From Selaginella moellendorffii (Eukaryota > Plantae > Lycopodiophyta), in NCBI RefSeq assembly GCF_000143415.4, contig NW_003314339.1:1-54552 (forward strand): a DNA stretch of 54,552 nucleotides, read 5' to 3'. Shown one piece after another: positions 24,977 to 36,169 of the stretch. A model generated the notes under the pieces. That model was not told the DNA's origin. It did not search any database and saw only the letters and a program-made list of their open reading frames with translations. Numbering within the stretch: position 1 is the first letter of the stretch; the number at the start of each line of letters is the position of its first letter. A program made the position numbers and the translations under genes.

Positions 24977-27062
24977 AAGTTACAAACTGGGTGTGTCTTG
25001 AAGTGGACGCCGATGCACACGAGCGCGATGCGAGCGCGAGTGTGATGCAAGCGCGAGTGGACGCCGATGCACACGAGAAACTTGTAGAGAAGGTAGATGA
25101 GCGCGAATGTGAGCGTGATCGCGAGTGGGAGTGCGATGCGAGCGCGAGTACGAAGCAAAATGCAAAACCTAACCTCACACGCGCGAAATGTCACGACGGT
25201 TGGTAATCCCACCACGTCATCATTCCTCGGACTTGGGCGCCACCATTAATTTCTGGATCGCCGCGCGCATGCATGCACGTGAAATCCAAAAGAAATCCGC
25301 AACGTCATCATTCCTCGGACTGCATGCACGCGAAATCCAAAAGAAAGATCATGATTGGGATATCATTTAATACCCTCGCTATATTTATACCATGCATGAT
25401 TGGATATTCCAAAGCATCTTGTATTTCCAAAAATGCCAGATGTTCAGCTAAATAAAGAATGGTATACAATGGAATTATAAGATCTGGTTTGTCAGAGGAT
25501 TTGATGTGACGTTCAAGCGTGTGGGCTCATGCAATTTTGATCCCAAAAAATGCACCAAAAAATGCTCGGCGTCATCTGGCGTTATCTCTTGAATGGCGTG
25601 GGGCCGCATGCCATTTTCAGGGGCACATAGGAGTATATTCCTAGAATATTCTGACGCGCGAGATTTTTTTGAGTTTTCTGGAGATCCAACCGTTAGATCG
25701 CAACTAGATTTTACAGAATGGTATACAATGTCTTTCTTGATGACCCTGCAAAGAAGCATCTCGATCGGACACCACATGAGACCACACGAGCCTTACAATG
25801 TTTCAGGGGCATTTGCCATAGATCCGACCGTTATTTTGCTCCAAGATTTTACAGTTTGGTGTGCATTGACCTTTCCATCGACACTGCAANNNNNNNNNNN
25901 NNNNNNNNNNNNNNNNNNNNNNNNNNNNNNNNNNNNNNNNNNNNNNNNNNNNNNNNNNNNNNNNNNNNNNNNNNNNNNNNNNNNNNNNNNNNNNNNNNNN
26001 NNNNNNNNNNNNNNNNNNNNNNNNNNNNNNNNNNNNNNNNNNNNNNNNNNNNNNNNNNNNNNNNNNNNNNNNNNNNNNNNNNNNNNNNNNNNNNNNNNNN
26101 NNNNNNNNNNNNNNNNNNNNNNNNNNNNNNNNNNNNNNNNNNNNNNNNNNNNNNNNNNNNNNNNNNNNNNNNNNNNNNNNNNNNNNNNNNNNNNNNNNNN
26201 NNNNNNNNNNNNNNNNNNNNNNNNNNNNNNNNNNNNNNNNNNNNNNNNNNNNNNNNNNNNNNNNNNNNNNNNNNNNNNNNNNNNNNNNNNNNNNNNNNNN
26301 NNNNNNNNNNNNNNNNNNNNNNNNNNNNNNNNNNNNNNNNNNNNNNNNNNNNNNNNNNNNNNNNNNNNNNNNNNNNNNNNNNNNNNNNNNNNNNNNNNNN
26401 NNNNNNNNNNNNNNNNNNNNNNNNNNNNNNNNNNNNNNNNNNNNNNNNNNNNNNNNNNNNNNNNNNNNNNNNNNNNNNNNNNNNNNNNNNNNNNNNNNNN
26501 NNNNNNNNNNNNNNNNNNNNNNNNNNNNNNNNNNNNNNNNNNNNNNNNNNNNNNNNNNNNNNNNNNNNNNNNNNNNNNNNNNNNNNNNNNNNNNNNNNNN
26601 NNNNNNNNNNNNNNNNNNNNNNNNNNNNNNNNNNNNNNNNNNNNNTACACACACAACATAATTATTCCTTTACACGGCGAATAATCTTGGCGCGGATCGC
26701 TGACATGGCATGGCAAAGTTCGAATCACTGACATGGCACAGCTGGATCGAGGCAAGGACATGATGTGACAAAGTTCAACCTCCGACAGCAAAGTCTAGAA
26801 GCTACTCAGTTTGAAATTTGTCAGAGGAATCATAAGATCTGGTTTGTCAGAGGATTTGATGTGACGTTCAAGCGTGTGTTATTTTTGAATTCTCGAACTC
26901 ATTCCTAGGTCTATCATTTTTGTGCGCCGTGTTCTTGGTTCCGCTGAGCGCAGTGAGCGCTGCTTGTGTAAGCGGCGTTGTGGGCTGTGGTTTATGCGTC
27001 TACGAGCGGTTGCGGCATTGCGAGCGCCATTGTGAGCGGCAGTTTATGCGAGTGGCAGTTTG

Positions 27063-27136
27063 TGCGAGCGGCGCTACGAGCAGTTGCGGTGTTGCGAGCG
27101 GTGCTACAAGTAGTTGCGGTGTTGCGAGCTGCACTA
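27063..27136. repeat. 30-bp tandem repeat x~2.5
   Basis: tgcgagcggcgctacgagcagttgcggtgt / tgcgagcggtgctacaagtagttgcggtgt / tgcgagctgcacta. Confidence 0.75.
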
Positions 27137-27436
27137 TCTTTGGTGTGGCTACCGCTTCCTCTTGATATTCGGCACTTGTGCTTCCTGGTATGTTCACCAT
27201 GGAATGGCTTAGGACCACATTTAGAAATGGCATGAGGCCACATGCCATTAGTGGTACCACTAATGGCATGAGGGCTCATGCCAATTTTGTGAATGCGAAA
27301 TTTCACGTGGGTGTCAATAGCATGTTTGAATAATGGCATGTGGCCTCATGCTATTGAGGTTGTTTGGTATGTTATGATTTAGGCCATTCTCCAATCATTT
27401 TTTGTATGGTCTTAACTTCTTTTCTGCACTTTCAGA

Positions 27437-28720
27437 ATGGCCTTCAGGGTTGGGGAAAAGGTTTACATTTTGAATGGTGGGAAGAGAGTTGCAAAAGCGA
27501 CCCTTGTGTCTATGGATCGGAACTTTGTTATACACTGTCAAAGGCTTGGGGAAGGCAATGCTGCTGTATCAGTAGAGACTGTCTTCGATGGGAATGTGGT
27601 CGCTATTGAACGAGGAGAGATAGTCGTCGGGGTAAATATTGTTGTTGCCTTGAAAAATCTTCAGAAGAAAGCAGATGTTAGGGACAGCGCAAGTGTGACG
27701 CATGTTCCCTCCGTGGATCTTAAGAACCGTGCTACATGGATTCAGGCAAAGGTGTTTCTAAACAACCCCAAGGGGGAGGTGGTAGCTGAGGGCTTAGCCA
27801 CAGTTGTCGATCCAAGAGATGCGGTTGCTAATCAAGAATTGGGCTGGGATGATATTGGAGTTGCGATTTTAGAGGTTGTTGACACAGAAGAAAATAGTCT
27901 GACTATTGGAAGCATTGTGCGGTGGAAATTGAGGCACTTAGTGTTTGAGAATGTGAAGGATTCACAATCAAACACCACTACAACTGATGACAAAACATCT
28001 CTTCATGGGAAAAGAAAGTACACCTTCCTAAAGCGCAGCCAAAGGGATCTGAGCAACGAACCGAAAAGGCAGAAAATGGCGATGGAGGTTCGAATGGTCT
28101 CGACAGTTGCTTGTTGCAAGAGGAGGTGCTGTCAACATGCTGATTGGGATGCTATTGAAGAGGAGAGAGCAAGATACAAGACATTGTCCTGGAAGGCAGC
28201 TCGCAATTTTGTGTATGAGGCATTACGGTCATCTGTTGATGCTTCAGAACATCAGGTGGGGGGCATGGTCTTCCAAAGAGGTTTGGTCTGCATGAAGGCA
28301 TGGAGAATCATTTATGAAGTCCCTCGAACCACATTCTACAGAATCAAAATTGAGTTCGAGGAACAAAGGGTTCAACAGGCAGTCCATGGGAACGACGGTA
28401 CGCACAAAACCAGGGGTCATGTTGTATATGGAGAGGCAATCTTTAAGAGGTTTGTCGAGACATGTAGCGAGCAGCAACCACATAAAACCCGTCTCTTGGA
28501 AGATGGAACACGAGACACCCAACGAGTTTTCCCTTCCATGTATACCAAGGGGGCCATATTGGAAGATGTGAATCGGGAACTCCAGAGTAATGGCTACAGG
28601 AAGCTGAGCCAATCTAGATTTAGTAGATTGTGGAGCAACAGGTTCAGGGATGTGAGTATAGGAAAGTACTCCAGCTAGTACTCCAGGGATGTGAGTATAG
28701 GAAAGTACTCTAAATGTTCT
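27437..28720 (+). pseudogene. Transposase 5' half: two Tnp1/En-Spm-like domains fused to a Sola/DUF7869-like N-terminal region; catalytic core missing
   Basis: Two repeats: KRVAKATLVSMD..IHCQRLGEGNAAVSV and EVVAEGLATVVDP..QELGWDDIGVAI..IGSIVRW. These are followed by CCKRRCC, VCMKAWRIIYEV..TFYR, HGN.G, FP..YTK, LSQSRFSRLW..F..V.IGKYS-KC. The ATG follows an intron-like acceptor (ttttctgcactttcag). Confidence 0.65.
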
Positions 28721-29019
28721 CACCATTAAGTTATATGTCTGGCTAATAGGAATGACGTTCATCTTGGAAAGCTCACCACACGCTCAATGAACAAACAAAT
28801 AGTGTGTGCGCGCATGCCATCGCTCTTCTTTAGCTTCAGATTCGGCTTGTTCACCTTGACAATGAGATTTATTATACAACCAGATGGACTCAGTCTGGAC
28901 ACAAAGTCACCGCGCTAGTCACCATGCCCCAGATATGTCTAGCCCCTGGACAAAAAACATATAATTTCACGTCATTTTCAAATACTTGAAAATTTGTACC
29001 TAGTCCCATTTTACTGAAT

Positions 29020-29046
29020 AAATCCCACTTTAACAAAATAGAGCTT
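29020..29046 (-). repeat. Right terminal inverted repeat
   Basis: Minus strand AAGCTCTATTTTGTTAAAGTGGGATTT. Confidence 0.92.
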
Positions 29047-29050
29047 ACCA

Positions 29051-31570
29051 ACACTAGTGTTAGTGATGTCAATGCCTCAACTACACACCGTCTCTATCCA
29101 ACAATCTACTCCAAGTGCTAATGGAACAATTGATGAGCTATAGCAAATGAATGCTACAACCCTTTTCCAACACCTTATAGGCAAACCCTCAAAGAAACAA
29201 GGTACCAACTTAAGCTTAGCATAATGGACCACCTTTGAGAATCTAGTCAAAGCTACTACAATGCTACTACTTGCAAGTAGACTAGCCTCACCATCAACCA
29301 CTTTGGGGTTGATCATCATTTAACCAAGCAACTTCGTAAACACATTGCTCATTATCACATGGATATGACATAAGTATCACAATGACTTGATCATCAGTTG
29401 AGCAACGTCATAAGCAACACCCATGTCATTACTTCAAAGGTTTATGTGAGTATCAAGTGTCAACTCGACTCGACAAAATGCAACATAAAGGCCACACTCC
29501 ACCGATAGAGATTTACAACACCTAATACCACTAACTTTTGTTCACAACATAGACTAGCTCATGCCACTCTCTTTCCGACCAAACTCAAAACTAATCCAAC
29601 ACCAAACTACTCAAGGAGCAATAGCAAGATTCCCCGGAAAAGAATTGAGTATTGCAACCCAAGTCTTCAATAGCAAGTTTAGACAAAATGGTTTAGCGCT
29701 TCACTGCTATCCATCCCATAACTCACTATTTGTAAGACTATCATTTCCAACATGCATCAAGATAGGGACTCTTGATTGCATGATGTGAACACAAGCAATG
29801 AGTTAACACCTCGTTGCAGATCATCTCTCCAAGAAGAGAAAATGATTTACGTATTTGATCCTCTGTCCCTAACGACTCTCTTTTTGATCTCGTCTTTGAC
29901 TAAACCTTAAGCTTGTGTTCGCACTACCTTCAGTCCAATCCAAGAAAAGTTTATGAGAGAGCACGGCAATGATTACTTGAATCAATAGACTTATCCTTAT
30001 AGACTTGATTGATCCACTTGTAACCATGCCAAGGAAGGATGCACTAGTGCCATGCTAAACAGCTACGGACCAGCCTATTTGCCACTCATAGCAAACTCAA
30101 GGAGGTTTTCTTTCACCCATGGTACAAAGAACAACTCATGGAACCACCGATAGGCTAACATTAATCCTGCCAACTCAAAGTGTAACGTTGAGTTGCTAAT
30201 GTGCCTTATACACGAGCCCAAGCATAAACTCGTGCTAACAGAGCATCTCAAATCCATCCTATGAGCCCAAGAGCAAGCTCACATTATTGGGTACAAAAGG
30301 TAACCAAAACCATACCCAAGGAACGAATGTGAACCCTTTGCACAAAACGTGTACCCACTCGGATCATCGTTTTCATCTCTGCGTATGCAACAAGACTAGT
30401 TACCCAATCTCATTGAATAGTACTCGCTGAGACTCATCCTCTGATACCAAATGTAGCGCATGTGGTTTTGACCCTTTATCCTATGGTGATTTACCATAGG
30501 ATAACACCACGGAGCGGAACCTAAACCCTCTTTGTGCCACGTGACAGATGCCATGTGTCCATAGGAACCTGAGGTTCAGGGCCTTGGGCCACTGAACGAA
30601 GGAACGGTGCCAAACTCCCAAGCGTGGAGCCAAGGAGTGATAGAACCGAACCACGGAGCAACTCCCGAGCGTAAAGCCCAAGGAGCGAAGGGACAGGAGC
30701 CCAGAGCGACTTGGAACAGTCCTAGAGTAACCAGCATCCCAATGCCAGGACCAGCACGCAAAACGGAGCCAAACGGAGTCTGGCGCTATTTCGGCATACC
30801 GGTGGCCTAACGTGAGGACATGGGTACTCCACCAGCTAGCATGGAATGGAACTTGGGCTTAGACCCAAGCCGGACGCAGAACAAAGACAAGTACGCAAGC
30901 GGGAGCTAGACTATGCCTCAAGTTGGTCGGCCATGCCCGACCTACCCACTATCCCTACTATACATTTGGAACCCTCTATAGGCCTCCCCCCTTGAGGAAC
31001 ACATGCTTTGGGCTTTCACCCCAAGCCTCCCTTAGTATCAGGAGTTAGTCTCTAGGACAAGCTCGAAACTTACTAAATATGGAATGTCCCTAGATTGCGA
31101 ATTTGGACACGGGACGAACACCATTGTGTTCAGGATGATCTCTACATTCCGTAGATATGCCAAATGAGCAAATCTGGACACTTTCCATAAATAGCATTTG
31201 GGACTGAAATGAGACTAACACAAAGGGCATGATAGCGAGGGTGTTTGGCAGACACGGTAAGCTATCATCCAGTGATATTGAGGGACTAATCTCAATACGC
31301 GAGGGTTCTTGTCACTAGCAAGTGCAAGACAAAACGAGACGGGAACTCCTTACCGGGCTAAGTATGCTTAGCTAATAACACGTAGGAATTCCGTCGTTAT
31401 GCTCGTCCGGTCTAAGTACACTCGAAATGCTCAGTTAACTCCACTAGCACAAGAGGGACTGATAAAGGGTCCAGCAATGCCGACCTCCTGCCATCGTGGC
31501 AGTAAGGTAAGAGTGTCCGTAAGGACTAGTCGACAGGTAACTTTTGATACCCGAAGTCACATTCGCGACA
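29051..31570 (-). mobile_element. Family C copy 2: 5' LTR (30452-31570), PBS and internal region
   Basis: Reverse complement of 16997-19540. CTCTGATACCA at 30439-30449. More diverged than the two copy 1 LTRs are from each other. Confidence 0.92.
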
Positions 31571-32500
31571 GCCGATCCGCAATCTCCTCCTTTGACTCTA
31601 GAGCAGCAGTTGGTTCAATTGCTTGATGCTATGCGCTTGCAATTGAACAACCAAACTCAGTTGATGGCGGCGTTCACGGCACGTGGTACAACTCCTCCTG
31701 CTCTTGGTGCCAATCCTCGCGTTCGGCCGGAGTTCTTTCGCGGGAATCCTGGGGATGATGTGTACCATTGGTTCGATCACTTTACAGTGATTGCCACATA
31801 TCATTCTTGGGATGATGCTCGACGGTTGCGTGAGTTTCCCATGTGTCTCCAAGGGACGGCGTTACAGTGGTACAATGGTTTGAGCGCAGCCACTCGTGGG
31901 GATTGGAGTGTTCTCCCGGACGTCTTCAAACGCGCCTTCGGACATGCCGATGATTGTGATGATGCTTTCCAACAATTGCATCATCTTCGCCAAGGGCCAT
32001 CTGAGTCGGTGATGCAATTTGGCGTTCATTTCCGAAGTCTTTTGCTTCGTGCGGAGCCAAATATGTCGGAACGGATCAAGCTAGGAATGTTGTGGCCAGC
32101 ACTTCGTCAAGATCTTGTCGGACTTGTGCATGCACTTGCTCCTGCCACCCTTGACGATGCTCTTCGCTTGGCACAACGTTATGAGACATCGCCTCTTCCA
32201 CTTCTCGCTGCACGTCCTTCCGCTCCACTTCCTATGGGTGATGGTCCTGTTCTAATGGAGGTTGATGCTGCTGCTGCTCGAGTCCAAGGACAAGCGCGAG
32301 GACGTGGTCGTGGCCGTGATGTTCGCTACTGGGCGTGTGATGAAGTTGGTCATACTTATCGGCGTTGCCGTCGTTTTCTGGAATGGCAACCTCCATTTCC
32401 TGGGTGGAGACCTTGGCGTCAGCAACGTCCCTTGGGTGCTGCTGCAGTGGAAGGTCTGGACACCGAGATGCATCCAGGAAACGAGGAGTCGCGCGAGTAA
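31571..32500 (+). CDS. gag: gag of family D (N-terminus cut by the family C LTR)
   Basis: RPEFFRGNPGDDVYHWFDHF, LQGTALQWY, LRQGPSESV, and a degenerate knuckle YWACDEVGHTYRRC. Confidence 0.85.
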   Translation, partial: ADPQSPPLTLEQQLVQLLDAMRLQLNNQTQLMAAFTARGTTPPALGANPRVRPEFFRGNPGDDVYHWFDHFTVIATYHSWDDARRLREFPMCLQGTALQWYNGLSAATRGDWSVLPDVFKRAFGHADDCDDAFQQLHHLRQGPSESVMQFGVHFRSLLLRAEPNMSERIKLGMLWPALRQDLVGLVHALAPATLDDALRLAQRYETSPLPLLAARPSAPLPMGDGPVLMEVDAAAARVQGQARGRGRGRDVRYWACDEVGHTYRRCRRFLEWQPPFPGWRPWRQQRPLGAAAVEGLDTEMHPGNEESRE

Positions 32501-32537
32501 CGGAGGGACCTTGCGCGAATAAATCAGTGACCCCTCC
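32476..32537 (+). promoter_or_regulatory. Putative -1 ribosomal frameshift signal (A GGA AAC plus H-type pseudoknot)
   Basis: pro is in the -1 frame relative to gag. Stem 1 pairs 32489-32497 with 32510-32518; stem 2 pairs GGAGGG 32502-32507 with CCCTCC 32532-32537. Confidence 0.7.
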
Positions 32538-35500
32538 ATCTTTCTTTCGGGAGTATCATCAAGGGGTTCACTCGGCACCAGTTCATCCAGTGTTTACTTT
32601 CCAAGCTCGTTTTTATAACAAGAGGTCTTCTATTATTCTCTCCATGTTGGTTGATACAGGTTCGAGTTTATCTTCTATTGCTCGACCTGTTGCCACACGT
32701 TGTTGTCTACACTTGCGTCGTGCGGCAGAACCAGTTTTCATTCTTTATGGCAACGGCCGTACACATGCATGTGCACGGGATGAGGTGGACCTGGTTGTGC
32801 GTGTGGGCGATCTCGAGCTTGAGTTGCAGTCGTTGCGGGTTGTGCCGAGTCAAGCTTTTGACCTTATTCTTGGTATGGATTGGTTGCAGCGTAATCATGC
32901 CAAGTGTGACTTTGAGGCTTCTCCCCCTTGTCTCATACTTCCTTATGTTTCATCCATTCCTCTCACTTCCATACCTCTTCGTCCCTCTACTTCTACCTCT
33001 GCTTCCATTACTTTTGTTCCCCCACTCTTTCCTTCTTTGTTTCCATCTTGTTCTGCTTTTCCCTTTTCCGATCCCTCCGACGATCTTTGTGTTGTAGCAG
33101 TTGACCGGCTCATGAAGGAGTATTCTGATCTCTTTGAATTTGACCTATCGTCTGGGGCCAAGATTGCCACACGTCATCCGATTCCAACCGGGGATGCTCG
33201 TCTAATCAAGGTTCCTGTTCGTCGTCGGTCACCTAAGGAGATCAAGATTTTACGAGCAAATGTCAAGGAAATGTTGGAAAAGGGTGTTATTCGGAAGTCA
33301 AGGAGTCCTTGGGCATGTGAACCTCATCTTGTGACGAAGCCTGATGGGAGTATTTTTCTGCATCGACTATCGTCCGTTAAACAAAGTGACGATCCCAGAT
33401 GTGTATCCTCTTCCTCACACTGCTGATCTCTTGGATCGTCTGGGGCGAAGTCGTTGGTTCACCAAGCTAGATCTTGCTTCTGGGTATTGGCAAGTACCGA
33501 TGGCCGAAGATGATATTCCTAAGACTGCTTTTCGTACACCATTTGGTTTGTACAAGTTCTTGGTGATGCCGTTTGGTTTGAACAATGCTCCAGCAACTTT
33601 CCAGCAGATGATGGACGAGGTTCTTTGCGATATGCCGGAGGTGACTGCTGACTTCATTGATGATGTCTTGATCCACTCGGAGGGGACGTGGGAGGAGCAC
33701 GTTTGTGATGTTTGTAAAGTGTTGAGTCGGCTACGCGACGTTGGTTTAAAGCTGAAGCGGTCAAAGTGCATGTTTGGGTCCAAGGACACAACTTATCTTG
33801 GGTACCGTATTTCTCGTGAGGGTTTGCAAGTTGATCCTGACAAACTTGTGGCTGTTCTAAAGTTCCCTACTCCAAAGTGTGTGAATGATGTGCAGTGCTT
33901 TTTGGGTAAGGTGCAATATCTCGGTCGTTTTATGGATCATCTTTCCGATCACACTACACCATTGCGAGCGTTGCTGAAGTCATCAACGTCATCTTTCATC
34001 TGGTCTCCAGATTGTGAGCGGGCGTTCATGGATCTCAAAGAGCTATTGACGACTCTTCCGGTTTTGGCATATCCTGACTACACTCGACCTTTTATTTTGC
34101 GCGTGGATGCTTCTGACATTGGTCTTGGAGGTGTGTTGATTCAAGAGAGCTCGAGTGTGCCTGGTCAGCACCATCCCATTGCCTACATAAGCCGTACATT
34201 ACAACCAGCGGAGATGAACTACTCCACGATGGAGAAGGAGTGTTTAGCAGCAATCTGGGGTTTCAAGAAACTTCATGCATATCTACATGGTTCTCGGACG
34301 TTACTTGAAGGTGACCATACTGCTGTTACTTCATTATTGAAGCGGAAGAACCTGGTTAGTCGTACAGCTCGCTAGGCTTTGAAGCTTCAGATATATGATT
34401 TTGATGTTGTTCATCGCCCAAGGAGTTCTATGGCTGATGCTGATGCCCTTTCTCGAGCTCCTCTTCCTTCTCCACTCACTTCTCATGTTTCTGACGAACC
34501 TGTTGTTCCAGCATCTGTGGATTTTCTAGATGAGGATTCTGTGCCATCGGCGGTTGCTGTCCTTGATGTTCAGTGTCCACAAGGCGCAGAGCAAAATCTA
34601 CCTTTTCTTGATGAGGTTCGCGAGGCTCAAAAGATTGAGCCATGGATTCGAAGGCTTCGAGATGGGTTTGAAAATCCTGCATCACTTGCTGATGACTTGC
34701 CTTTCCGGCATTTACATTCTCAATATCGCCTTAAAGATGGCCTTCTTTATTTTGTGGGGACAGATCCTGATGATCATTTACGGCTGGTGGTGCCTTCGGT
34801 GTTTATTCCGCGGTTTCTCCATGCCTACCATGATTCTCCTATTCTAGGTGGGCATATGGGACACCGTCGTGTCACTGAGAAGCTGCGCAGGTCTTTCTAT
34901 TGGCCGGAGATGCGACATGATATTATCCGGTATGTGCGTAGCTGCGTTTGGTGCCAAGCTCGTAATACTCCCCCTTGTGCTGCGGAAGGACGGTTGAAGT
35001 CAATTGCAGTTTCCCGTCCGTTTGAGTTGGTGGCATTTGATCTTATAGGACCTTTTCCACGATCAACTACTGCCAATGAGTATGTTATTATTGCTTCTGA
35101 CTACTTGACTCGTTGGGTGGAAGTTGGTGCTCTTGCTAGTGCCTCTGCAACTGCTGTTGGATACTTCCTCCTCAATCGAGTGGTGTTCCAGCATTCTTGT
35201 CCAGAGCGGATTCTTTCGGATAATAGTCCTGCATTTATGGCTGAGGTATTTCATGTTTTGACATCTCGGTTGGGGATACGCCACACTTTTATGAGTGCTT
35301 ATCATCCACAATCAGACGGTCTAGTGGAACGGCTCGTTCGGACATTCAAAGGGATGATTGCGAAGTATGTGAACTTTCAGCATTCGGATTGGGATGGTTA
35401 TTTGCCGTCTCTTCGGTAGGCCTATGTCACAGGGGTGCAGAGTTCTGTTGGTGCTTCACCATATAAACTTCTATATGGTCATGATCCAATATTACCAACA

Positions 35501-35962
35501 GAGCTAGGTTTACCTTCGCGATTGTCACGAACTCCTGATGCTAAGTCATGGAATCAATATTTGACAAGCATTCTTCCACTTGACAAGCAAGAGTCTGCTG
35601 AACACTTAGGCCGCGTACAAGTGAGACAACAACGGCGTTACAACTCCCATCATCGTCCACCTGCAGAGTACAAAGTGGATGATTTGGTGTTAGTCCGTTT
35701 TCCCCATCTTACGGTACGTGGTTTATCTAAGGGGCTCCTTGCGCAGTGGAAAGAACCGTATCAAGTGTTACGGCAAGTTGGACCGCAAGTTTATGAGGTT
35801 CGGCATGATGTTCAGCAGGCCGATCCTCCAGAGATTGTGCATGTGCAGTGGTTAAAACGCTTCATACAAAGGGATCAGGAACAATTAATACCATCTACAG
35901 ATCCGCTGGTGCCTCCTCCTGACGTTCCTCCAGATCCCGGCCCATCTACAAGAGAACCCTGA
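32480..35962 (+). pseudogene. pol: pro-pol of family D, disrupted
   Basis: LVDTGSS, ILGMDWL, FCIDYRPLN, LDLASGYWQV, MPFGLNNAPATF, FIDD, VDASD..NYSTMEKE, H..GH..CVWCQ, DLIGP, YHPQSDGLVER. Frameshift at ~33350 and stops at 34373 and 35417. Confidence 0.92.
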
Positions 35963-35994
35963 CGGCCTTCCATTATTCCGAGAGGAGGGGATGA

Positions 35995-36169
35995 TGTGAA
36001 GGCCAAGTGTATGGCTACGATGCCGTATACTAATATTAGCGTAGTGGGATTTTGGTAGCTGTCGGATTGGTTTCAATCCGGACCACTCGCTCCTGTACAT
36101 AAACTAGGGTTTTTGGGCTAATTGATATGCACATTTATGTATTCCCTTTCCATATTCCAAACACTCACA
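35995..36169 (+). repeat. 3' LTR of family D
   Basis: Follows the PPT, TGTGA...TCACA termini. The next sequence matches the uninterrupted duplicate at ~40885. Confidence 0.75.

Larger units (their letters stand above)
15101..29046. mobile_element. TIR DNA transposon (Sola/DUF7869-like), internally deleted, with 4-bp TSD ACCA
   Basis: TIRs 15101-15127 and 29020-29046 match at 25/27 positions. ACCA at 15097-15100 and 29047-29050. The empty site ttcc-acca-acactagtg matches the uninterrupted family C copy (ttccactaacacaagtg, reverse complement of ~19532-19548). Confidence 0.9.
31571..36169 (+). mobile_element. Ty3/gypsy family D, 5' end lost; gag-pro-pol, PPT and 175-bp 3' LTR
   Basis: Complete gypsy domain order, PPT GAGAGGAGGGGATGA ending at 35994, LTR TGTGA (35995)...TCACA (36169). 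Confidence 0.88.

Noticed and set aside
24825-25215. Additional upstream coding exon (PPT-repeat frame) joined by a 46-bp intron at 24825-24870
   Set aside because: It splices in frame but has no ATG and is low complexity, so I treat it as possible 5' UTR.
24582-27355. CRISPR-like array from the palindromic repeats
   Set aside because: Spacing is irregular, copies are degenerate, there are no cas genes, and the context is eukaryotic.
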